A DNA stretch of 50,898 nucleotides from Thermoproteota archaeon (GCA_027491415.1 JAOZFH010000032.1:1-50898), one strand, 5' to 3'; positions 9,924 to 20,010 are shown, counted from the stretch's first letter. Notes: a model not told the origin generated them from the letters alone. Numbers and translations: made by a program.

Positions 9924-11173
9924 TGGCTAAGATGATAGAGGACGCCCTTCGACTCAAGTCTGAGCTTCCCAGCCTCTCCTCTCCGGAGGAGGACGACCCC
10001 CTGAGCGTGATAAGGAGGATAATGAAACCCGAGCAGACTGAAGACGACATTCCCGACATCTACGCCGATGTCCTCGGGGCCTCCTCGCCGGAGGTCGGCG
10101 AGGCGAACATAGTGATCGTTGGCGTCGGCGGCGCGGGCTGCAACACGGTGAATACGATCATGAAGGTGGGCATAACCGGCGCCAAGGCCGTCGCCATCAA
10201 CACCGACAAGAAGCACCTCGACAAGATCAACGCCCACATGAAAGTCCTCATCGGCGAATCCATCACCGGGGGCCTAGGGGCTGGTGGCTACCCAGAGATA
10301 GGGAGGGCCTGCGCCGAGAAGGACGCCCACCTCATCGCTGAGGCCCTGGGGAAGAGGCCAGATCTCGTCTTCATCGCGGCGGGGATGGGTGGAGGCACGG
10401 GCACAGGGGCGGCGCCGGTAGTGGCGAAGATAGCCAAGGACAAGGGCGCCATAGTGATAGCCGTCGTGACCCTTCCCTTCAAAAGCGAAGGCAAGCCCAG
10501 GATGGCAAAGGCCGTAGAGGGCGTCAAGAGACTCGCGGAGTACTCCGACACCATCGTCACAATCTACAACGATAAGCTGCTCAGGTTCAAGAACCTGCCG
10601 CTTGATGAGGCATTCGCCGTCGCGGACTACTTCCTCGCCATCATGGTGAAGGGGATCACGGAGATCATAACCAAGAGGGCCCTCGTCAATGTGGACTACG
10701 CGGACATCAGGGCTCTGATGAGCACGGGCGGGCTGGCCGCCGTCGGCATTGGCGAGGCGAGCGGCAGGAAGGGAGAGAGAGTTGAGGCCGCCATCAGAAT
10801 GGCCATGGAGAACCCCTTGGTTGACTTCAAGCCGGACGGGGCCAGAGGGGCGATACTGGTGGTCTTAGGAGGGAAGAGCATGACCTTGGAGGAGGTTCAC
10901 AAGGCCGCAGAGATAGTATCCTCAAAGCTCGCACCCAACGCGGTGTTCAAGTGGGGGGCCGATATAGATTCGTCGCTCGGCGACAGGATCAGGGTAATCC
11001 TGCTCTTCTCCGGGATCAGGGGACCCAACATCATCATAAGGCAGAAGCCCAGGGTTCCCGCCATCGTCGATCCAACGATCAGGGGGCTAATCGGCGTACG
11101 TGAGGAGCCAGAGCCCAGGGAGAGGGTACTTCAGGAAGTACTCCAGATAGTTCAGGCAATGACCTTTGATTGA
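9920..11173 (+). CDS. ftsZ: Cell division protein FtsZ (FtsZ2-type by context)
   Basis: GVGGAGCN, GGGTGTGAAP, VNVDYAD; preceded by an RHH gene. Confidence 0.95.
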   Translation: MMAKMIEDALRLKSELPSLSSPEEDDPLSVIRRIMKPEQTEDDIPDIYADVLGASSPEVGEANIVIVGVGGAGCNTVNTIMKVGITGAKAVAINTDKKHLDKINAHMKVLIGESITGGLGAGGYPEIGRACAEKDAHLIAEALGKRPDLVFIAAGMGGGTGTGAAPVVAKIAKDKGAIVIAVVTLPFKSEGKPRMAKAVEGVKRLAEYSDTIVTIYNDKLLRFKNLPLDEAFAVADYFLAIMVKGITEIITKRALVNVDYADIRALMSTGGLAAVGIGEASGRKGERVEAAIRMAMENPLVDFKPDGARGAILVVLGGKSMTLEEVHKAAEIVSSKLAPNAVFKWGADIDSSLGDRIRVILLFSGIRGPNIIIRQKPRVPAIVDPTIRGLIGVREEPEPRERVLQEVLQIVQAMTFD

Positions 11174-11202
11174 CCCCTGACCCCCTCTCTTTGCCAATTA
11201 TT

Positions 11203-12315
11203 TTACAAAACCCTGATTAAGGTCTCTTCCCTATACCCCGTCACTACCCTTAGATACCCCCTGAACCTCGCCCTCAGCTCCTCGTTAACGTCGAGTCTGA
11301 GTTCCCTGAGCTTGGCCAGCTTGGCAGGATGGGATATCACCATTAGATCAGTTTTGTCCAGTCTCTCTAGGACTCTTTCGGATATCTGCTGGTTCCCCCG
11401 ACCGAGCAAAACGCCTGAACCACCCACCGGGGTAAGGATTAGCTTGACCGGGCCCGCGTGTCGATCCACTATAACCTCGAGCTCGCGGGCGTCCACATCC
11501 TTCGCGATCAGACGATTCCCAAGGGCGACATCCACGCCCAGAGGGGTTTTCTCTATTCCCAACCTTGCCGCCACCTTGGAGACCGTGGATCCAGGGCCCA
11601 GGATGTAGAGGGTATTGGGATCCATATTTTCGGCCAGATAGGCAGCTATCCCGTCGTAGACGGCCTCGTCTCCCCCGCGAGTCGGCTCCTTGGTGCATTG
11701 AATGTGAGCGGGGTCGTCGGGGGTGATCGCGAATCCCTTCAGCTCCAGTCTGAGTTCTCCCTGGCGATAGAGGTCCTCGACGGCGTCAACTATCTCAGCA
11801 GTGCGGACGCCGACGCGCCCCTCCACGTACTCGGCCGCCAGGAGGCCGGCGTCCTCTGGCGAGTATGCGAACACCCCAGAGAACATCTTCACGCCCGCAG
11901 GTATTCCCAAAATGGGGACCCTTTGATCCACCGCAGAGACCACGTCAGCCGCGGTGCCGTCGCCCCCGCAGAACAGTATTAACGCGACCCCTAACCCGCA
12001 CATCCGCTTGGCGGCCTCCACAGTATCCTCGGGCGTAGTCTCACAGGAGTTCGGAACCTCGAGGACCTTCGCGATGCGGGCCCCGACCCTCTTCAGGGTC
12101 TGCTCCCCCATGACCCCGCGCGGTGAAACGAACTGAACCTCCGGGATTCTGGCCAGCAGGATCCTGACAGCCCTCTCGGCCTTGATCGGAGATGTGGGCC
12201 TGTATCCCCGGCTTAGGGCGGTCTTCACGATCCACGGCGCGTCGGTACCCTTGAACCCAGCTGGTCCGCCCAGTCCGGCTACGGGATTCACTATGAGCCC
12301 GATGAGCCTCCTCAC
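11203..12315 (-). CDS. ATP-NAD kinase family protein
   Basis: IVNPVAGLGG..GFKGTD, GGDGTA, GIPAGVKMFSGVFA, LGRGNQQIS. Confidence 0.85.
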   Translation of the reverse strand: MRRLIGLIVNPVAGLGGPAGFKGTDAPWIVKTALSRGYRPTSPIKAERAVRILLARIPEVQFVSPRGVMGEQTLKRVGARIAKVLEVPNSCETTPEDTVEAAKRMCGLGVALILFCGGDGTAADVVSAVDQRVPILGIPAGVKMFSGVFAYSPEDAGLLAAEYVEGRVGVRTAEIVDAVEDLYRQGELRLELKGFAITPDDPAHIQCTKEPTRGGDEAVYDGIAAYLAENMDPNTLYILGPGSTVSKVAARLGIEKTPLGVDVALGNRLIAKDVDARELEVIVDRHAGPVKLILTPVGGSGVLLGRGNQQISERVLERLDKTDLMVISHPAKLAKLRELRLDVNEELRARFRGYLRVVTGYREETLIRVL

Positions 12316-12346
12316 GAGGAGGCCCCAACGGAACTCCCGTTAAAAG

Positions 12347-12997
12347 TTGGCAGATACCCAGCCCCCGGTGCTCCTAGACCTGCTGAAACTAGCCCCCGGC
12401 CTCACGCTGATACACGGCCCACCGGAGGCCGGTAAGACGACCGTAGCCACAATGCTCGCGCGTGAGATGGCCGCTCATGGCCGAGAGGTGATCTACTTTG
12501 ACACCTCGCCCGCAGGCGAGGGGGTATCTAGGCTGTACTCCACGATAGGTGGGGCTGACTCGGCCGCGGAGAGGATAAAGGCCGTGGTTGCCCCCCCAAA
12601 CCGGCTCCGGAGACTCATAATCCCGATTCTCGCGAGATTCGGCGGGGCCCCTCCAGACTTGATAGTGGATGAGCTGTCGGCGATTTTTCTCTCAATCGCG
12701 GCGACTACTCCGGCGGACGATGTGAAGGCTCGCTCCAGGGCGTACAGAGAGATGCTAGCCGTCGCCGCCCTGATGAGGGCCTACGGAGAGGGAAACTCCG
12801 TTACGTGCATAGCGGTGGTCGACGACACGACGGAGGGTCTGCCCGTGGGGGGTCGGGCCCTCACGGCGCTGACGTCCTCCTCCATAGCCGTCGTGAGGAG
12901 CGAGCGCGGGGTAAGAAAGATCGTGGTCGAGCAGGGCCCCTCTGAGGGCGTGGAAGTTGAGTTTCGAGTGACGGAGGGGGGGCCGACGCTCCTTTAA
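12347..12997 (+). CDS. RadB-like RecA-family ATPase (core domain only)
   Basis: Walker A GPPEAGKT, VIYFDT, Walker B LIVDELS; no N-terminal HhH domain. Confidence 0.65.
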   Translation: MADTQPPVLLDLLKLAPGLTLIHGPPEAGKTTVATMLAREMAAHGREVIYFDTSPAGEGVSRLYSTIGGADSAAERIKAVVAPPNRLRRLIIPILARFGGAPPDLIVDELSAIFLSIAATTPADDVKARSRAYREMLAVAALMRAYGEGNSVTCIAVVDDTTEGLPVGGRALTALTSSSIAVVRSERGVRKIVVEQGPSEGVEVEFRVTEGGPTLL

Positions 12998-13029
12998 ATC
13001 GAGGGCTCCTTCCTCCCAACTCGACCGAA

Positions 13030-13509
13030 ATGGAGCAGGTAGCCGCCCTCGTGAAGGAAGCACTCTGGTTCGTTCTACCAGCGTACTTCGCCAACGCGGC
13101 ACCCGTCGTACTGGGTGGAGGTCCACCACTGGACGGCGGGAGAACGTGGAGGGACGGCAAACCCCTTTTAGGCAGCAACAAGACCCTGAGGGGGTTCATC
13201 TCCGGAGTGCTCATGGGCACCCTCGTGGGGGCCGCCCAGGGGAGACCCCTGGCGGGGTTTCTTATGGGGTTGGGGAGCATGCTGGGAGACGCCCTGGGCT
13301 CCTTCATCAAGAGGCGGCTGGATCTGAAGCCGGGGGATCAGGCGCCGGGACTGGACCAGCTCGGATTCCTCTTGGTTGCGCTTATGTTGGTGTACCCGAT
13401 GGAGAGGCCCGATTCGGACGTACTCCTTACAGCGGTCCTTATTACACCGTTCGTCCATGTGGCAACCAACGCGGTCGCGGTCCTCCTCGGCCTCAAGAGG
13501 TGGTTATGA
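13030..13509 (+). CDS. carS: CDP-archaeol synthase (DUF46)
   Basis: PAYFANAAPV..GGGPPLDGG, LGSNKT, GDALGSFIKRRL, LDQLGF. Confidence 0.93.
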   Translation: MEQVAALVKEALWFVLPAYFANAAPVVLGGGPPLDGGRTWRDGKPLLGSNKTLRGFISGVLMGTLVGAAQGRPLAGFLMGLGSMLGDALGSFIKRRLDLKPGDQAPGLDQLGFLLVALMLVYPMERPDSDVLLTAVLITPFVHVATNAVAVLLGLKRWL

Positions 13510-13510
13510 C

Positions 13511-14443
13511 TTGGCCGAGGTTCGGGAGTTCTTGAAGGCGAGAGGCTATCCGGATTGGATAATAGAGCGGATTCAGGCCTGCTTTTCGTCGGTAAGGGAG
13601 CTCTCAATGGTTCCCCCGGGAGTCCTGGCTGAGTCCTGCGGGGTGGACGCAAAGGTCGCTAGGGAGATCGTGCGCCAAGCTGCAGAGGCAACCGTCTCCC
13701 TGAGGCCCGCGATCGAGGTGGCCCGAACCCCCAAGAAATACCTCAAATTCTTGGTGAAGTCCATAGACGAACTCCTCGGCGGGGGCCTTCCAAGAGGGTC
13801 TCTCGTTGAAATATACGGAGAACCCGGGGTTGGCAAGACGCAGACCGCCCTTCACCTCGCCGTTAACGCCCTCCTCCCTACGGACGAGGGCGGTCTGGGT
13901 GGGAGGGTGGTCTACGTGGACACCGAGGGGGGGTTCTCCCCAGACAGAGTGGCCGCCATGGCGAGGGCGAGGGGCATGGAGCCAGAATCCGCCCTGGAAC
14001 GCATATCCGTGGCGGAAGTTCGGACGGTGGAGGCTCTGTTGGTCGCGCTAACCCGCGCACGCGATGAGGTCAGGGCGGGGGCAGTCCTCGTGGTTGTGGA
14101 CTCCCTTCTCTCGCCCTTCAGGCAGGAGTATTCGGGTCTTGGCATGCTCGCCGCTAGGCAGCAGAGGCTCGCAGCTGCGCTCGGGGAGCTGGGAAGGGCG
14201 GCAGACCTCGGCGCCGTCTGCGTGATCACCAACCACGTCATTGGGAAGACGGGGGGGCTTCAGCGCTACTCCCCGGCGGGGGGATACGTCCTGGGCCACG
14301 CCCCCGACCCCGTGCTGCTGATCAGGCGGTCCGTCAGGAATAGGCGCATCCTGAGCGTAGTTGACTCCTCACATCTCCCGCCCGGGGAGGCGCTGTTTGC
14401 AATAACGGAAGCCGGGCTCGTCGATGTGGAGGGGCTTGCGTAA
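13511..14443 (+). CDS. RadA/Rad51-like recombinase (divergent paralogue)
   Basis: HhH-like N-terminus, DELLGGGL, GEPGVGKTQ, YVDTEGGFSPDR, VVVDS, RQQRL; start TTG 13511. Confidence 0.82.
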   Translation: MAEVREFLKARGYPDWIIERIQACFSSVRELSMVPPGVLAESCGVDAKVAREIVRQAAEATVSLRPAIEVARTPKKYLKFLVKSIDELLGGGLPRGSLVEIYGEPGVGKTQTALHLAVNALLPTDEGGLGGRVVYVDTEGGFSPDRVAAMARARGMEPESALERISVAEVRTVEALLVALTRARDEVRAGAVLVVVDSLLSPFRQEYSGLGMLAARQQRLAAALGELGRAADLGAVCVITNHVIGKTGGLQRYSPAGGYVLGHAPDPVLLIRRSVRNRRILSVVDSSHLPPGEALFAITEAGLVDVEGLA

Positions 14444-14489
14444 ACGTTCTATAATTGGAGGCCCACGGCTTTCCCTCGGGTGTTGTCTC

Positions 14490-14912
14490 TTGGATCAGGT
14501 GCCGAGGGATCGAAAGTATACTAAGACCCACGAGTGGGCGAAGCTCGAGGACGGGCGGGTCAGAGTGGGTTTGACGAAGCACGCGATCGACTCCCTCGGA
14601 GACCTCACGTACGTCGAGGTGAAGTCAATAGGCACCGAGGTGGAGAGGGGTGGCGAGCTGGGTCTAGTGGAAAGCAACAAGGCGGTAGAACACATCTACG
14701 CGCCTGTCAGCGGAAGGGTGGTGGAGCTTAACTCGGACGCTGGAGTGATAGAGGAAGGTGGGACCGAGATCACGGGGGAACTCGAGGTTATCTCAGAGGA
14801 CCCCTACGGGCAAGGATGGATAGTGATCCTTGAACCCACCAAGCTTGATGAGGAGTGGGACCAGCTCCTCTCTCCAGAGGAGTACGAGAAGCTCCTCGCT
14901 GAGGAGGGCTGA
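14490..14912 (+). CDS. gcvH: Glycine cleavage system H protein
   Basis: KYTKTHEW, lipoyl-Lys motif VESNKAV, APVSG, DPYGQGW. Confidence 0.93.
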   Translation: MDQVPRDRKYTKTHEWAKLEDGRVRVGLTKHAIDSLGDLTYVEVKSIGTEVERGGELGLVESNKAVEHIYAPVSGRVVELNSDAGVIEEGGTEITGELEVISEDPYGQGWIVILEPTKLDEEWDQLLSPEEYEKLLAEEG

Positions 14913-14924
14913 GGTCAGGGGGAC

Positions 14925-17147
14925 TTGTCCGCACCCCTCGAAAACCCCTTCATAGACCCAGACGCCGTCGAGTACAGGAGGTACCAGGTCGAACTCGCCA
15001 AGAGGGCACTGAAGGGGAACACTCTGATATCGCTCCCGACGGGTCTCGGCAAGACGGTAATAGCCGCGCTGGTGGCGGCCGAGAGGCTGCGACAGAGACC
15101 CGAGGGGAGCGTACTGGTGCTGGCGCCGACCAAGCCGCTGGCCTCTCAGCACCTATCCACCTTTCGAAGGCTCATGAGGTTGGAGGAGGGGGCCTTCCGC
15201 CTCGTAACCGGTGAAGTCCCGCCGGTCAGGCGCGAGGCGATCTGGCACTCAGGGGCCAAGCTATTCTTCGCCACTCCTCACACCGTCTGGAATGATGTCG
15301 TCTCAGGGTCACTGGACCTGGGGGGCTTTTCGCTGTTGGTGTTCGACGAGGCCCACAGGGCCGTCGGAGCCTACCCCTACGTGAGGATCGCCCAGGCGTA
15401 CCTAAACTCGGCGCGCGACGGCCTGATCTTGGCCCTCACGGCCACCCCTGGCTCACCCGAGGGTCGCCTCAGGGAGGTCACCAAGTCTCTGGGCATCAGG
15501 GAAGTGGTTATCAAGACCAGGGACAGCCCTGACATCCGCCCTTATGTCGCCCCCCTAAAGACAAGGGTCGTCAAGGTGAGCCTTCCCTACAGGCTCAGGG
15601 CCGCCTTGGAGCTGCTGAGAGCGGATCTGACGCTAGTCGTCCGAGAACTCGCGGCGGAAGGCCTCCTCTCCGGAAGGCCGGATTACCGGATCCCCCTCCG
15701 AGAGCTTCTGACGCTGAGATCACGCCTGTCCACAGAGGATAGCCCGGACTCTAGGGCGGCGCTCGCGAAGGTCGCTCTGGCGATAAAATTGAGACACTTG
15801 ATAGACGTCGTCTCGAGTCAGGGCCCGAGACAGGCCCTCGCCTACCTAGAGAGGCTTGCCTCCGCGCCTAGGAGGGGGAAGTCGGACAGGATGCTCTTGG
15901 ACCTTCCCTCCGTCAAGAAGCTCCCAGAACTCCTCCGAGGGTCAACTCACCACCCGAAGCTCGACGTGCTGAAACGCCTCCTCAGGGAGCGGGCCTCTCG
16001 CGACCCGAGCTTCAAAGCAATCGTCTTCGTCAGCCTGAGGGACACGGCCAACCTGGTCTTTCAGGAACTTACGGAGGTGAAGGGCGTCAGACCAGCCAAG
16101 TTCTACGGACAGGCGTCACGGGCCGGAGAGAGGGGGATGAGTCAGGCCGATCAGCGCAGAGTCCTTGAGGAGTTCTCCGCCGGGATCTACAACGTTCTCG
16201 TTGCGACAAATGTGGCTGAGGAGGGTCTGGACATACCCGAGGTAGACCTCGTCGTCTTCTACGACCCAGTCCCCTCAGCGATAAGGCAAGTGCAGAGAAA
16301 GGGCAGGACCGGCAGGGGGAGGCCCGGGGAGGTGGTGGTCCTGCTCACGGTGGGGGCTGAGGAGTGGGCGTTCTGGAGGGCGGCGAGGGGGGAGCGGCAG
16401 GTGATGGCCGCCAGACCCTCCACCGACTTGACGACCTTCACCGGCCCCCCAACCACCCCACAGGCCGAAAGACCGGCTGAGAGAGATGTCACGGTGGTTG
16501 TCGACACTAGGGAACTCCAGAGCGAGGTTGTGAGGGAGATGGCGCTGATGCCGGACGTGAAGGTCTCCGTGTCGAGGCTGGAGGTCGGGGACTTCTTGCT
16601 CAGCGACAGGGTCGCCGTGGAGAGGAAGACCGTGGAGGACCTCGCGGCCTCCCTTGTCGACGGGAGGATCTTTGAGCAGATTCACCGCCTAAGGGAGGTC
16701 TACGAGATCCCCATACTGCTGATCGAGGGTAGAGACCCATACAGACCCTCCAGGCGCGGGGTGAGCCCGAAGTCCCTCATGGGCCTCGTGTCATCCATGG
16801 CCCTTATGGGCGTTCCCGTCCTGTGGGCGAGAGACCACAAGGACACGGCCCAAATACTCAGGCTGATCGCCAGGAGAGAGCAGCTAGAGCGCAGGCGAAG
16901 GGTGGTCCTCAAGAGAGCACCCGCCAAGAGCCTAAGCGAGGACATGGAGAGGGCGCTCTCGTCCATACCCGGCGTCGGTCCCGAGACCGCGCGAAAGCTT
17001 CTGAAGAGGTTCGGTTCGCTGATAGCTGTGTTTAATGCGGACAGGGATCAGCTGATGGAAGTGAGGGGGGTAGGACGGAAGCTGGCGGACTTCATCTACG
17101 GTTTCGTGAGGAGGCCCTACGGCGCGGAAGAGGGTGAGCCGGATTGA
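14925..17147 (+). CDS. hef: Hef (FANCM-like SF2 helicase + ERCC4 nuclease + HhH)
   Basis: PTGLGKT, DEAH, QRKGRTGR, VDTRE, GDFLL..ERKT, IPGVG. Confidence 0.93.
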   Translation: MSAPLENPFIDPDAVEYRRYQVELAKRALKGNTLISLPTGLGKTVIAALVAAERLRQRPEGSVLVLAPTKPLASQHLSTFRRLMRLEEGAFRLVTGEVPPVRREAIWHSGAKLFFATPHTVWNDVVSGSLDLGGFSLLVFDEAHRAVGAYPYVRIAQAYLNSARDGLILALTATPGSPEGRLREVTKSLGIREVVIKTRDSPDIRPYVAPLKTRVVKVSLPYRLRAALELLRADLTLVVRELAAEGLLSGRPDYRIPLRELLTLRSRLSTEDSPDSRAALAKVALAIKLRHLIDVVSSQGPRQALAYLERLASAPRRGKSDRMLLDLPSVKKLPELLRGSTHHPKLDVLKRLLRERASRDPSFKAIVFVSLRDTANLVFQELTEVKGVRPAKFYGQASRAGERGMSQADQRRVLEEFSAGIYNVLVATNVAEEGLDIPEVDLVVFYDPVPSAIRQVQRKGRTGRGRPGEVVVLLTVGAEEWAFWRAARGERQVMAARPSTDLTTFTGPPTTPQAERPAERDVTVVVDTRELQSEVVREMALMPDVKVSVSRLEVGDFLLSDRVAVERKTVEDLAASLVDGRIFEQIHRLREVYEIPILLIEGRDPYRPSRRGVSPKSLMGLVSSMALMGVPVLWARDHKDTAQILRLIARREQLERRRRVVLKRAPAKSLSEDMERALSSIPGVGPETARKLLKRFGSLIAVFNADRDQLMEVRGVGRKLADFIYGFVRRPYGAEEGEPD

Positions 17148-17668
17148 GATACGTCTTCAAGCTGGTACGAGACCGGACAGGGCCCGTCAAGCTCTTATCC
17201 TACGTACTCGTCGCGCTCTCTAGGCTGAACGGGTTCACCGACAGGATGCTGGTGAGGCCGGGACATGCTCCGCCGGTTAGGGCGACCCGGGAGTTCGTCG
17301 TCGCAAGGTTGGCAGCGGACAGAGAGTTTCTGTTCGACTCGGGTGCCGCGCTGAGCGCCATATACGCCGCGAGACAGTCTGAAGAGCCAACAATAGAGTT
17401 CAGGTTCAGGGTAACTATCAAGTACTACTACAGGACCGACAGAGGGAGGATCATTACCCTCAGGTACGACAGGTACGACCTCACTGTTAGAACGGTAGAG
17501 GATGGAGTCTTGCTGGAACTTTCGATGCTTGGAGGACTGTCCAGGACCGATCCCACGTCTCTGGTGGACATGATAGTCGAGGAGGCGCGATCCGCATCGG
17601 GTTCCACCGTCCCAATTATCGTCGCCGTTGCCCCCCCTGGCGGTACTCTCGGAGGATCCGCTCGATAA
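17144..17668 (+). CDS. Hypothetical protein coupled to hef
   Basis: 174-aa ORF; TTG start overlaps the hef TGA. Confidence 0.6.
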   Translation: MRYVFKLVRDRTGPVKLLSYVLVALSRLNGFTDRMLVRPGHAPPVRATREFVVARLAADREFLFDSGAALSAIYAARQSEEPTIEFRFRVTIKYYYRTDRGRIITLRYDRYDLTVRTVEDGVLLELSMLGGLSRTDPTSLVDMIVEEARSASGSTVPIIVAVAPPGGTLGGSAR

Positions 17669-17993
17669 CCTCGACCGTCTCAACGATCTCCCTGACCCTC
17701 GAGATTTCCTGGTGGTCCACCTCTCCAACCTCGATAGATCTCACGCTCCTATCTAGCAGGCCTATTAGCGCGTCCCTCAGGGCCATAAGGGAGTACATGG
17801 CCCTCGCCTCGGCCGCCTCCTCTTCGGACGACACTAGCACGTACTTCGTCCCACAAACCGCGCACACGACCTCGTCTCCCGCTTGGAATAGGGGGGACCC
17901 ACATCGAGGGCAAGTCTCCGAGAGCATCCTCCACCCTCGCTTTAGGGCCTCTGCCAGCTTGGCGGACTTATTCTCGGTCTCGTCCCTCTCCAT
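17616..17993 (-). CDS. Zn-finger protein, SSSCA1/UPF0148 family
   Basis: LKRGWRMLSETCPRCGSPLF...CAVCG. Confidence 0.85.
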   Translation of the reverse strand: MERDETENKSAKLAEALKRGWRMLSETCPRCGSPLFQAGDEVVCAVCGTKYVLVSSEEEAAEARAMYSLMALRDALIGLLDRSVRSIEVGEVDHQEISRVREIVETVEVIERILREYRQGGQRRR

Positions 17994-18082
17994 CTCCAAG
18001 GCGGGGGCCGCGGGGGGACTTTAAATAGGGATTAGTCAAACAATTTGAATTGAGCCCTAGTCGGTTTTGGGAGGTGGTTGCA

Positions 18083-18367
18083 ATGCCTAGGAGGTCTTCG
18101 GCCAAGAAGGCCGAGTATGAGAAGTTCGTCTCGGATGCCATCCAGATGTTAGATCGGATCTCGCAGGATCGGGGGGTGCCGCGTAACATAAGGAAGGCCA
18201 CCACCGACGTGATCGACGCGCTGAGGGATGAGTCCCTCTCCTACGGAGTCAGGGCCAGCAAGGCCATATCGCTCCTAAATGAGATCATCAGCGACATAAA
18301 CATGCCCCCGCAGACCAGGTCTCAGATCCTCTTGGTTGTGGGCCTTCTGGAGCGGATCAAGGACTGA
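18083..18367 (+). CDS. UPF0147 family protein
   Basis: DRGVPRNIRK...DINMPPQTR; SD GGAGGTG before ATG 18083. Confidence 0.88.
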   Translation: MPRRSSAKKAEYEKFVSDAIQMLDRISQDRGVPRNIRKATTDVIDALRDESLSYGVRASKAISLLNEIISDINMPPQTRSQILLVVGLLERIKD

Positions 18368-18410
18368 GGCCGCCAAGCATATATTCGGCTCCCCCTATCC
18401 TTTGAGGGGC

Positions 18411-18502
18411 GCCGGGGTAGCTCAGACCGGGAGAGCGCCCGGCTGAAGGCTGGAAAGTTAGACACCGGGCGGTCGTGGGTTCAAGTCCCACCCCCGGCAC
18501 CA
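18411..18502 (+). tRNA. tRNA-Phe(GAA) with 15-nt intron (18449-18463)
   Basis: Cloverleaf, anticodon 18445-18447, strict BHB (CTGA/TTAG helix with AGG and ACA bulges), CCA encoded. Confidence 0.95.
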
Positions 18503-18627
18503 TCTATTCGGCTGTTGATCCACGTGTTCGGAGTTCCACCCCCGTGAGTCAGAGTTGTAGCATCTTGCTAGGGCTTCCCCGGGGGATCACCTTGTTCTCG
18601 AGGGAGGAAGAAGGTGGCGATCAGGCG

Positions 18628-18716
18628 TGGTGCGGGGGGTGGGATTTGAACCCACGCGGGCCTACGCCCACCCGGTCCTGAACCGGGCGCCTTGGACCAG
18701 GCTTGGCTACCCCCGC
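18628..18716 (-). tRNA. tRNA-Leu(CAG)
   Basis: Reverse complement GCGGGGG...CCCGG TT CAG GA CCGGG, long variable arm, CCA encoded. Confidence 0.96.
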
Positions 18717-18768
18717 CCGAACCTACTCCCCTATTCTGGCCGTATTAAAACGTTAGGAGGTGATCGGG

Positions 18769-18846
18769 TGGTGCTCCGGCCGGGATTTGAACCCGGGTCT
18801 GGGGCTCGAAAGGCCCCTATGCTTGGCCTGGCTACACCACCGGAGC
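18769..18846 (-). tRNA. tRNA-Glu(TTC)
   Basis: Reverse complement GCTCCGG...GGGGC CT TTC GA GCCCC...CCGGAGC ACCA. Confidence 0.96.
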
Positions 18847-18894
18847 ACCGGGGTGGCGGCTAATGGTCGGGGGGAAATAAAGGTTGGCTCAGGG

Positions 18895-20010
18895 TCAGAT
18901 GGACACCCCGAGCCTGTCCTCGAGCTTCTCCCGAAGGTAGCTCACGAACAGCTCCTTGAGTTCCTTCGCAGACGGGCTCATCGCCTTGAAGATCTCCAGC
19001 TCAGCCTTCTTCTTGTTCTTCAGGAACCACTCGTTCTCTCTCTGCCAGAACGGGTGCTGCAGGTTCGGCAGGTGCACGTTGTCCATAGCCGCCTTCAGGT
19101 CCGCCTGGGTCAGGGGCTCCAGCGCGAACTGGTAGTCCTTGAAGAAGCCCGTCTCAACGTCCTCCGCCATTATTCCTATGAACCTGGCCTCGGGCGCCGC
19201 GAGATACGGGATGTGGGCCGAGCTTATGCTGTTGTACACCACGGTAGCCGCTATCCTGAGGGACCAGGGGGAGAAGTCCGTCAGGATGGCTATAGGAACT
19301 CCCTCGTCCGACAGCATCCTGAGGAATCGTCGCATGCTCCTAGAGGCCTGCCCCTTTAGTATGGCTATGGCGAGGTTGTACTCCTCTGGAATGCCCAGCT
19401 CGATCATGTTCTTGGCGGGACCGACCTTCTCGACGGCTACGACCGCCTTAACGCCAATCCTCTTGAACTTGATATTCTCGGGCCTCGGGGGGACCGAGTA
19501 CCCCATCTCGCCGACTCTGTCTGCCCTTATGGTCCTTCCGGTCATGTCCACAAGCTCTATGTCTCCGTAGATCCAGCCTCTGGGGTCGCTCGTTATGGAG
19601 AAGGCCTCCCGTGGGGCGCCTAGGATGAGCTCCATCAAGACGATCCGGGCGTCGGTCTCCCTCTGATCCTCGGGAAAGAGCGTCCCCTTCAGTCGCTCGA
19701 CCTTGTGCAGGTAGTAGAAATCCCTCTTGGTCATGGTGAGCCCGTTCTCGAGGTGGTCGAGCGCCTTGGCCAGGCCGTAGAGCACTCCAGCCAGCGTCTT
19801 GACGCTCTTTACCCTGTCCCCCTCTATCTCGCTGAAGGTCTTGGGCCTGAAGATGTAGCCGACGTCCTCCCTGAACTCGATGTTCCCCTTGGAGTTCGGC
19901 GGATACCTAATGCTTGGGAACTCACCCCGCTCTATGTCCTCGATCATCCGCTCAGCTATCTCCATTATCCTCCTCTTGATCTCCTCCACGGACTCAGCTT
20001 CCGTCGCCAC
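18895..20010 (-). CDS. top6A: DNA topoisomerase VI subunit A
   Basis: TKRDFYY (catalytic Tyr), AVEK, KGQ, toprim region, KAELE; follows top6B. Confidence 0.93.
   Translation of the reverse strand: MATEAESVEEIKRRIMEIAERMIEDIERGEFPSIRYPPNSKGNIEFREDVGYIFRPKTFSEIEGDRVKSVKTLAGVLYGLAKALDHLENGLTMTKRDFYYLHKVERLKGTLFPEDQRETDARIVLMELILGAPREAFSITSDPRGWIYGDIELVDMTGRTIRADRVGEMGYSVPPRPENIKFKRIGVKAVVAVEKVGPAKNMIELGIPEEYNLAIAILKGQASRSMRRFLRMLSDEGVPIAILTDFSPWSLRIAATVVYNSISSAHIPYLAAPEARFIGIMAEDVETGFFKDYQFALEPLTQADLKAAMDNVHLPNLQHPFWQRENEWFLKNKKKAELEIFKAMSPSAKELKELFVSYLREKLEDRLGVSI

Noticed and set aside
18503-18627. Possible sRNA between convergent tRNA-Phe and tRNA-Leu
   Set aside because: Only weak hairpins and a minus-strand pyrimidine tract compatible with a terminator; no C/D or H/ACA boxes.
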